Below are positions 38,001 to 45,800 of a stretch of 64,000 bases of DNA, in pieces. The number at the start of each line of letters is the position of its first letter. Within the stretch, counting starts at the first letter, position 1. The translations under genes were made by a program, and so were the position numbers. Source of the DNA: Dehalococcoidia bacterium (lineage in GTDB: Bacteria; Chloroflexota; Dehalococcoidia; Lucifugimonadales; Lucifugimonadaceae); the NCBI GenBank assembly GCA_965197765.1, contig OZ240225.1, positions 1,366,837-1,430,836 of the forward strand, read 5' to 3'. The notes beneath the pieces were generated by a model. The model ran no database searches. It was not told the origin of the DNA and saw only the letters and a list, made by a program, of their open reading frames with translations.

Positions 38001-40181
38001 GGAGCCACGAACCAAGAAATCGTCTCGGTTGGCGATTTGACCACTGTCGAGATCGATGTCGGAGAGGCGGATCGCTACCTCGTCCGCGGTGTTTCGTTCC
38101 AAGGGGACGGCACAAATACCGTTCCGGCCTTTCCTTCACAACTGGGCGTTTCATCAACAGCCGGCCCAATGGGCGATCCGATGTACCTGTGGAACACAAG
38201 CTCGCGTACTGATTCGGAAATAACCAAGGCCGCCGCTCTGTTCAGCATGGCCACCACGCGCTCCTATGCAGGCATAAGTGTGTGGACGGCTCCGCAGGGC
38301 TCGACCGTGGCGGGAGCAAGCGCGTCATACTTCGTCGGGCAGCGTCCTACCGATCCGAGACTGTTCTCCGTCCTTGGCCGCTTTTATACGACCGAGGTCG
38401 CTGGCGTGGACATGCCAACGGCGGAGGGTGTGGCCTTCGCTACCGACGCAACCGTTGGGGACGGGGCGTGGGGAGACGGCAGACCGCTGATGGCCGTCCT
38501 CGGCGAGCCGCTCGACGCGATGGTGCAGAACTTTGACCAGACCACCAACAGCTACGCCAGTGCCACTGCCACCAACCCGGTGTTGTCGCAGGGCTTCACG
38601 ACCGGCTCCAACGACTTCCCGTACCGGCTGCAGGGCATCGGCTTCGAGATCGAAGGCTCCGGCTCCGAGATACCTGACGGTCCGACCTCTGTGTCGGTGG
38701 CGGTGTACACCGCCGACACGGACGGGAAGCCGGGCGAGAAGCTGTTCGACCTGGCCAGCCCCGCCGACTACGCGGTGGGCCACAGCTTCTTCGAGGCGCC
38801 GCCGCGAGCATACCTGGAGCCGGACACCCCCTACGTGGTGGTCTGGACCCGCCTCGGCGGCACCGCGCACAGGTTGGAGCGAACCACCAGCAACAGCGAG
38901 GACACGGGCGCGGCAACGGGCGCCAGCCTTGCGGACGTCTTATACCGGGGCGCCGACGTGAACAACCTGTCCCCGAACTCAGGCGGCAACTCGTTGGCGC
39001 TGGTGGTGTACACCGAGGTCTTGGACACGGCTATCTTCGTGGAGGGCGGTATCCCGGTGCCCCTGAACTGGTTCCACATATCGGACGGCGCCTATGCGGG
39101 GTACCAGTTCAGGGCGCTCTTCGTCACACATCACGCAATAAACGCCGAACACAATGACATAGAGATCTACAACAAACTTGTCCAGCTCGAAGCCTCTGGC
39201 CGGCCTAAACGGTATCCAGAAGCATCTGGGCGCTCCAACGATCCAGTCATTCGGCGAGTCGCCGAGCAGTTCAAGGCGGTGGTCTGCACCGCGGCGGACA
39301 AAAACGCGCGAACGAACACCGGGATGGAGGGCAGCGGCGTGCCGATCCACTGGCTGGACGGCGGCGCGCAGCATCGCGACACGCTGGTAGCCAACTCGAA
39401 CTCCCAGTTCTTCGGCCCCGAGTGGGTCCAAGACGAATGGGGCGCCATCGTCACCGGGAACTCCACCCCCTTGTTCGAGATCTCCGTGGACGAGGCTACC
39501 AGGGGCGACAAGATCGCGGAGGGGATCTGGACCGGGTGCGACTCCACAGGAATGGCGCATATGGATTACCACTTGGGTTCGGCCATGGGGATGGCCACCC
39601 TGGGCACGCCGGCAGATGAGAGCACCGGCAATGCTCCGATTGGCCCCACCGCTTCCAGTACGGGCATGGTCGCCCTCCCAGTGGGCGAATACCGGTCGAT
39701 CTACGCGATCTCGCCCGTCTTCACGGTGGTTGACGACGGCTCGGAGCGTACCATCTGGTCGTCGAGGATGACGGTGGGAACAAACACGTTTGCCAGTGCA
39801 ACAATCACGGAGGTAACCACCGGATACGTCGACTTAATTAGTGTCGGCAGCATCGAGGGGTCAAAGCAATTCACCTACGAGGGCGGGACCTACTCTGTGG
39901 TTCGTCTCCGCATCCTTAAGGAAACGACGTCAGGCACCGTCTCAATGAACTTCGTAAACCTGGGAATGTCTTCGCTGCCGCCGGAGGGAACCGACTCGAA
40001 GCTAGCCCTCGAGCTCACCTGCTGGGGAAGCTGCCGCGGCGAGCAGCAAGGCTCACAGCGAACGCGTTTTCTCCTGTCGGAAGCAACACGCGTCGGTAAC
40101 GGTTACTCCTGGGACAACCCCGGCCTGCCCTGGGCCGACGGCGACGAAGTTGTGATCAGGCTCATCGAGCTGCGGGATTGA
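35064..40181 (+). CDS. Giant secreted mosaic protein A (1705 aa)
   Basis: Signal peptide MKIFRRFDALLLIAFAIGLTAVAVLPLIPWVVDAQT. A 640-aa unit is duplicated in tandem (A41 and A681 both start ATGRPRVL...); each unit holds one YQW-type Ig-like repeat and two QxFTTG-type modules. C-terminal part: an FRALFVT... domain and an MTV...WADGDEVVIRLI module. Confidence 0.85.
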   Translation: MKIFRRFDALLLIAFAIGLTAVAVLPLIPWVVDAQTTNQSATGRPRVLAAAQGASILFADTEGINDGNGLSFEEIATNAPIRFNWSYQWIRVDGDSETNVGADSASYHPVQADVGKRIKVKVSFTDGANYSESRTSLPFGPIAEVVGTTQLPFVLVTNREEGTLTTANITQQYAIGFKLGDHGRGYEISSVIIGLAAAPSSLTVSLWSGGHSEAFQSNNASKLFDFANPASFAVGNNEFTAPAGAFAYQNFNYFVVLSGFGSSLSILETSDNEEGDEGVSGAIIYDDAAVRDLTATGRWAISEDRTSVLELTVMGSKRGHGIIASNYAQPFIDDKGTVDTMDDTGGDQEIVSVGDTGGIGIELGAADRYLIRGVSFNSDDTTPSNGGFTNPFSLRSGTLTGAKQFSLVNTRNVPGLPVWTAPRGATVAGGCTTSMGVETCKKYVFDQMGNIGSDTGDVKKRRRISILTRYSSAESDGVDSPAAAGVSFTGATDDIEADDPYMALLGEPLHAMVQNLGQADDGYRSVGGANRKVLSQGFTTGSNVSLLQGIGVNIEGSGSSFPDGPTSVSVAVHADSGGKPGAKLFDLVSPDEFAAGHSFFEAPPGTTLAPNTSYVVAWRHIGGTVHRMRKTSSNGEDTGALSGFSLANTFYQGVDLDNMAADPGSDVLEIAVYRSRKVPNATGRPRVLASPEGTGILFADPARIKDTDGLPFAFDGPTMSVVRLRLYYYQWIRVDAETAAETLVGVDSPSYQRVDADVGHLMKVRVSFFDQAGAFESLTSLPFGPVHGRPALLRESTLVANTGQSASAEEEITGQYAMGFRLGGHGQGYEISSVSIDLAAAPSSLTVSLWAGGREGMPGSDRTSYKLFDFANPSSFRVGLNEFTAPGGAFAYQNVNYYIVLSGFGASLKIKETTSNNEDSGGETGAVIFDSARTRGLHLTGVWRSSTSRSSVLRMAVKGSQRERGILIANYAQAAKDELGATNQEIVSVGDLTTVEIDVGEADRYLVRGVSFQGDGTNTVPAFPSQLGVSSTAGPMGDPMYLWNTSSRTDSEITKAAALFSMATTRSYAGISVWTAPQGSTVAGASASYFVGQRPTDPRLFSVLGRFYTTEVAGVDMPTAEGVAFATDATVGDGAWGDGRPLMAVLGEPLDAMVQNFDQTTNSYASATATNPVLSQGFTTGSNDFPYRLQGIGFEIEGSGSEIPDGPTSVSVAVYTADTDGKPGEKLFDLASPADYAVGHSFFEAPPRAYLEPDTPYVVVWTRLGGTAHRLERTTSNSEDTGAATGASLADVLYRGADVNNLSPNSGGNSLALVVYTEVLDTAIFVEGGIPVPLNWFHISDGAYAGYQFRALFVTHHAINAEHNDIEIYNKLVQLEASGRPKRYPEASGRSNDPVIRRVAEQFKAVVCTAADKNARTNTGMEGSGVPIHWLDGGAQHRDTLVANSNSQFFGPEWVQDEWGAIVTGNSTPLFEISVDEATRGDKIAEGIWTGCDSTGMAHMDYHLGSAMGMATLGTPADESTGNAPIGPTASSTGMVALPVGEYRSIYAISPVFTVVDDGSERTIWSSRMTVGTNTFASATITEVTTGYVDLISVGSIEGSKQFTYEGGTYSVVRLRILKETTSGTVSMNFVNLGMSSLPPEGTDSKLALELTCWGSCRGEQQGSQRTRFLLSEATRVGNGYSWDNPGLPWADGDEVVIRLIELRD

Positions 40182-40228
40182 TGAGCCCCATCTTCCCTGA
40201 ACAACCCATGACCAGAGGCTAATGACAG

Positions 40229-42865
40229 ATGACATCAATGAGACTCATCGATCTGACCGACTCCGCCTCTAGGAGAGAGGCTCTCCTTGGCCCGTCGACC
40301 GGGGCCCTGATCCCATGGGGCATCAGGGTGGCCCTGATGGCGGCGATGGTGCTGGCGGGCATGGCCCTCTGGTCGACGCAGGCGTACGCGGACGGGGAAG
40401 AGGCTGGAGAGCCGGTCTGGTCGGCCGACATGACGGTGGTGGAGTACACCAGCGTCTCCATCGGCGCGGCCAGCGCCGACCTCTTCTCCAACGTGGGCGG
40501 AAGCGGCAACCTGCAGATCAAGTCGCTCTGGTCGCACATACCGGACCGCGATCTGCGCCTGGCATTTACAGACGAGGTTCCCAACGCTGCGGACTACACC
40601 CTGCAGGTCGGCGACCTCTCCCTGGAGTTTCCCGAGGATAGCTCCGGCTCCAGCAGCTTCAAATGGCACGACGTGGACGTCGATTGGGAAGACGGTCAAC
40701 TAATTCGTGTACGCATCGTTCTCACGGCCGAAAGCGGCGATCAACAAACCAACACTCCCAACACCCCGGCCACGGGCGTCCCCACCATCAGCGGAACGGC
40801 GCAGGTGGGCGAGACACTGGCGGCGGACACCTCGGGCATCGCGGACGAGGACGGGCTGGACAGTGTTTCCTACCACTACCAGTGGATGCGCACCGATGCC
40901 GACATCGCGGACGCGACGGACTCCACCTACACGCTCACCGACGACGACCAGGGCAATACCATCAAACTGAAGGTGTCGTTCATCGACGACAACGGCAACA
41001 GCGAGACTCTTACCAGCGTCGCGACGACGGAGGTCAGCAAGAGGCCGCAGTTTCTGGTCAGCAACCTGGGCGTCGGGGTCGAAGGCGCCGGCGGGATTCA
41101 GCGAACGCTTAACGCCGCCCGATCAGGGTTTGCCCAGGCATTCACGACGGGCGCGAAGACCGACGGGTACGCAGTCGGCGCCGTCGACATCCAGATGTCG
41201 AACTTCTTCGATGCGTCGAACACGGCGGACCAGCTCCGGGTGACGATCAACGGGGTCGCGAGCGAAGGCGGGCCGGGCGACGCGCGCTGCACCCTGACCA
41301 ATCCGTCGAGCTTCACCGCCCTAAGCGTGATCACCTTCGAGGCGCCGACGGGTGCAGGCTCCTGCCCGCAACTGGCGGCGGAAACAACCCACTTCGTCGT
41401 GATCGAGTGGATCAGTCCGACCGGGACGGACTCTTTTGCAGTGATTCCGCAGACCTATCCCACCAAGGAGTCGGCTGCGATAGCAGAGGATCCGGGCGGC
41501 GCGGAAGGCTGGTCGATCGCCGACCAAGCCTACTATCTCACCGTCGGTTCCGACGCTCGGACCTGGACCGCCTACGACGAGACGGCCAGCTTCAAGATTC
41601 AGGTGAAAGAAGCCGTCGTCACGGCGGCCAAGGCCAACAGCCCGGCCGCGGGCCTGCCCACGATCTCGGGCACGCCCAAGGTGGGCGAGACGCTTACCGC
41701 GGACACGTCTGCCGTTACGGACGAGGACGGGCTGGACGATGTCTCCTACAGCCACCAGTGGCTGGCCGACGGCACGGACATCGACGGAGCCGCCGCCTCG
41801 ACCTACGAGCTTTCCAACTCCGAGACGGGCAAGACCATCCAGGTCAGGGTGACCTTCACCGACGATGACGACAACGCCGAGACCCGGACGAGCGTGGCGA
41901 CGGAGGCGGTAGCTGCCAAGGCCAACACTGCGCCCACCGGCCTTCCCGACATCACGGGCACGCCCCAGGTGGGCGAGACGCTGACGGCCGGCACCTCCAC
42001 CATCAACGACGAAGACGGGCTGGAAAACGTTTCCTACAGCTACCAGTGGATCCGGAGCGACAACGGCGCGGACACCGACATAGCCGGAGCGACTGACTAC
42101 ACCTACACCGTTGTCTTGGCCGACCAGGGCAAGACCATCAAGGTGAAGGTGTCCTTCACCGACGACGCTGACAGCGAGGAGGTCCTGACCAGCGAGGCTA
42201 CCGTCGCCGTCGCGGCGGCCAAGGCCAAGGCCAACAGCCCGGCCGCGGGCCTGCCCACGATCTCGGGCACGCCCCAGGTGGGCGCGACGCTGACGGCGGA
42301 CACGTCTGCCGTTACGGACGAGGACGGGCTGGACGACGTCTCGTACGGCTACCAGTGGATCGCCGGCGGCGCGGACATCGATGGGGCGACCGCCTCGACC
42401 TACGAACTTACCAGCAGCGAGCAGGGCCAGACCGTCCAGGTCCGTGTGACCTTCACCGACGACGGGGACAACGCCGAGACCCTGACCAGCATTGCTACTG
42501 CCGAAGTGGCGTCGTCGCCGGAGCCACTCACCGTCCGGCTGAAGGTCTCTGCCCCGGCAACCCACGACGGATCGACGGAGTTCACCTTTGAGATCGAGTT
42601 TAGCGAGGAGTTCGGCCTGAGCTATGTGACCCTCAGGGACTTGGCATTCGTCGAAACCGGGGGTGAAGTCCGCAAGGCGCAGCGAATGGACAAGCCCAGC
42701 AACATCAAGTGGCGAATAATGGTGAGGCCAGACTCCAGCGAGGATGTGACCATCGTTCTGCCCGTCACCACGGACTGCAACGCCGTTGGGGCCATCTGCA
42801 CCGCGGACGGCAGGAAACTGTCCGACTCGCTGAACTTCACCGTCTCCGGGCCGGGCCAGGAATAA
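40229..42865 (+). CDS. Giant secreted mosaic protein B (878 aa)
   Basis: Hydrophobic signal region ...ALMAAMVLAGMALWSTQAYADG. MTV...WEDGQLIRVRIV module, 4 YQW repeats, one QAFTTG module, and a C-terminal Cys module ending DCNAVGAICTADGRKLSDSLNFTVSGPGQE. Confidence 0.85.
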   Translation: MTSMRLIDLTDSASRREALLGPSTGALIPWGIRVALMAAMVLAGMALWSTQAYADGEEAGEPVWSADMTVVEYTSVSIGAASADLFSNVGGSGNLQIKSLWSHIPDRDLRLAFTDEVPNAADYTLQVGDLSLEFPEDSSGSSSFKWHDVDVDWEDGQLIRVRIVLTAESGDQQTNTPNTPATGVPTISGTAQVGETLAADTSGIADEDGLDSVSYHYQWMRTDADIADATDSTYTLTDDDQGNTIKLKVSFIDDNGNSETLTSVATTEVSKRPQFLVSNLGVGVEGAGGIQRTLNAARSGFAQAFTTGAKTDGYAVGAVDIQMSNFFDASNTADQLRVTINGVASEGGPGDARCTLTNPSSFTALSVITFEAPTGAGSCPQLAAETTHFVVIEWISPTGTDSFAVIPQTYPTKESAAIAEDPGGAEGWSIADQAYYLTVGSDARTWTAYDETASFKIQVKEAVVTAAKANSPAAGLPTISGTPKVGETLTADTSAVTDEDGLDDVSYSHQWLADGTDIDGAAASTYELSNSETGKTIQVRVTFTDDDDNAETRTSVATEAVAAKANTAPTGLPDITGTPQVGETLTAGTSTINDEDGLENVSYSYQWIRSDNGADTDIAGATDYTYTVVLADQGKTIKVKVSFTDDADSEEVLTSEATVAVAAAKAKANSPAAGLPTISGTPQVGATLTADTSAVTDEDGLDDVSYGYQWIAGGADIDGATASTYELTSSEQGQTVQVRVTFTDDGDNAETLTSIATAEVASSPEPLTVRLKVSAPATHDGSTEFTFEIEFSEEFGLSYVTLRDLAFVETGGEVRKAQRMDKPSNIKWRIMVRPDSSEDVTIVLPVTTDCNAVGAICTADGRKLSDSLNFTVSGPGQE

Positions 42866-42868
42866 GCC

Positions 42869-45800
42869 ATGATCGCGTTCCGGCGTCTTGCGCCCCTTCC
42901 ACTGCTGCTCGTCGGGCTGACGGTCCTTGCCGCCGCGGCGTTCGTCCCCTGGATTGTCCACGCCCAGAGCCGGGACTCCGGCAGCGAGTTCACTCTGGCG
43001 GCCGCCAACGGCTATCCGACCGGCATCTGGTCGGACGGGACCACGATGTGGGTCGCGGACTTCGAGGACTCCAAGCTGTACGCCTACCGGATGTCGGACC
43101 GGAGCCGGGATTCGGGCAAGGATTTCACTCTGGACGCCGTCAACGGCTCTCCGGTGGGAATCTGGTCGGACGGGACCACCATGTGGGCGTCGGACTTCTC
43201 CGACGCCAAGCTGTACGCCTACCGGATGTCGGACCGGAGCCGGGACTCCGGCAAGGACTTCAACACGCTTTCTGCAGCCGGCAACAAATTTCCCGAGGGC
43301 ATCTGGTCGGACGGGATCACGATGTGGGTGGCGGACACCGGCAACGACACGGTGTTCGCCTACGACCTGTCGACCAGGGCCAGGGACTTCGAGAAGGACG
43401 TCACGCTGGCCCCCGGCCACGACTCCCCGATGGGCGTCTGGTCGAACGGATCCACGATGTGGGTTTCGGACTGGAGGGACGCCAAGCTGTACGCCTACCG
43501 GATGTCGGACCGGAGCTGGGACTCCGGGAAGGACTTCGCGCTGGACGCCGACGATGAATCTTACGAGGGCATCTGGTCGGCCGGGTCCACGATGTGGGTG
43601 GCGTCCCGCGACGACGGCACGCTGTACGCCTACGACTGGAACAACCCCGCCGCGGGAACGCCGACGATCGTCGGCGCGGTCCGGGTGGACGAGAAGCTGG
43701 CGGCGGGCACTCACTCCATCGCCGACGCGGACGGGCTGGACGACGCCAACTTCCGCTATCAATGGGTTTCGAGCGACGGGAACGCGTACACGGACATCGC
43801 GGGCGCGACCGGTTCGACCTACACCGTCGCCTCGAGCGACACGGGCAGGACCGTCAAGGTCAGGGTTTCCTTCACCGACCACGCCGGCAACGAAGAGTCG
43901 CTTACAAGCGAGCCGACGGGCCGGGTCGGGGCTCAGGGCGTCTGCGACCGGACGCCTTCGGTGATGGCGGCCATCGTCGCCGGGATGTCCGGCGTCGACG
44001 ACTGCTCCGAGGTTTCCGAGACGAGGCTCGGGACATGGGCCGGCTCGGAGGGCTACGGCCCCGGCGTCACGCCCGGGCTGCGCCTGCAGGGGAGGGGGCT
44101 GTCGGTCCTGCAGGCCGGGGATTTCCGCGACCTGCGCGCGCTGCGCGCCTTGGACCTTAGCAGAAACTTCCTCGAGACTGTGCCGGACGGACTTTTCGAA
44201 GACCTCGAGATGGTGGAGGAGCTCTATCTGTCGGGAAATCTCCTGAACGAACTGCCGGACGGGACGTTCGACGGCCAAACCGCGAATCTGAGCGTTCTGG
44301 ACCTGTCCGGCAACTCGATGGACGAGTTGCCGGAGGGTGTGTTCGACGGCCTGGGAGACCTGCAGAGCCTTTCCCTCTCGGGGAACGGCGTGAAGAACCT
44401 GCCGGAGAACGTGTTCGCCGACCTCGGGAGTCTCGCGGTTCTGGACCTTTCGGGAAACGAGCTTGAGGACCTGCCCGTCGGCGTCTTCGAAGGTCTGTCG
44501 GGGCTGACCGATCTCGACGCGGGCGACAACCCGGGCGCGCCTTTCACGTTCACCGCGGAGCTGGAGCGTCGGGGGGACGATGCGGTCGTGGTCCGATCAG
44601 CCGAAGGCGCGGCGCCGCTCGGCTTGAAGATCGAACTGTCGGCCCTCAACGGGGAGTTGTCCTCCGAGACCGTCATCATCGCCTCGGGCAGTTCATATTC
44701 GGACGTTGTCGACGTCAGTGCGCACGGGGATCGTCCCGTCACAGTGAGAATCGAATCCGCCGCATTTTTGTTGCCAGCAGGAAGTTCCGCGTCGGGCATC
44801 CGCGCCGACCGCGGCAGCGCCATGCTCATGTGGATCGGCAGACCGCAGGTTCAGAGGGAATGGATCCAGGACGGAAACTTCGCTCTTCATCCGGAGAACG
44901 CGGATCCGAAGAGCATATGGTCCGACGGGGAGACGCTCTGGGTCGGCGACGACGGCGCCGGGAAGGTGTTCGCCTACAAGCTGTGGGACAATCCCGATAC
45001 CGCGGTCAACGAGTACGGGACCCGAGACCCGGGCTGGGACGTTCCGAGCCTGGGCCAGGAGGACTACCACGTCACGGGCCACGGCGCTCGCCTGTACGTC
45101 GCCGAAGAGTCCCTCGAAGGCGCCAGTCGGGACGTCTTCGGCTATGACCTGACGGGGCTGACGCGCGCGGAAGACAGAGACTTCGTCTACGGAGGCTTGA
45201 ACGTCGCCGGTGGAGTGTGGATCGTGCGGGGCTTGGCGACGGACGGCCGTCACATGTGGATCACCGACACCACATCGCACGCGCACGCCTTCCGCCTGGC
45301 CGACGACCCGGAGACGCCGGAGGACGAATACGGGAGGCCGGACACCTCCCGGAGGCTGACGATCCCGGGCTCGGGACAGCTGACGGGCCTCTTCACCGAC
45401 GGGCGGACGATGTGGGGCGTCAGGTTCGCCTCGCACGACACTTCGGTGCGGAGCGTGAAACTGTCCGACGGAACCGGAGCGGGTTACGACTTTCCGCTCC
45501 ACGAGGAAAATGAACACGCCTTCGGCGTCTGGTCGAACGGTGAGACCTTCTACGTCGTCGACGCCGTCGATGCCATGATCTACACCTATGGGGACGTCGA
45601 CGGCGTCGTTCGGCCCTCTGTCGAAGACGCGGAGACCGCAGCCGCGCTGGTCGGCAACACGACGCGGTCCGGCGACGACGCCCACGACCTGGGCTCGGCC
45701 GGCGTCAAGAGGGCTCAGGCGTTCACCACCGGGCCCAACAACCCCGGGTACGCGCTGGCATCCGTCGGGATCGGTTTCGGCGACGTTTCGGACGCGTCGT

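Noticed and set aside
41321-44278. 985-aa minus-strand ORF, and similar ones at 44693-45685, 46139-47761, 48029-49837, 50674-53394, 53953-55392 and 61876-62805
   Set aside because: All are antisense shadows of the giant plus-strand genes. Their translations are monotonous R/G/V/D strings that repeat with the period of the sense-strand repeats.
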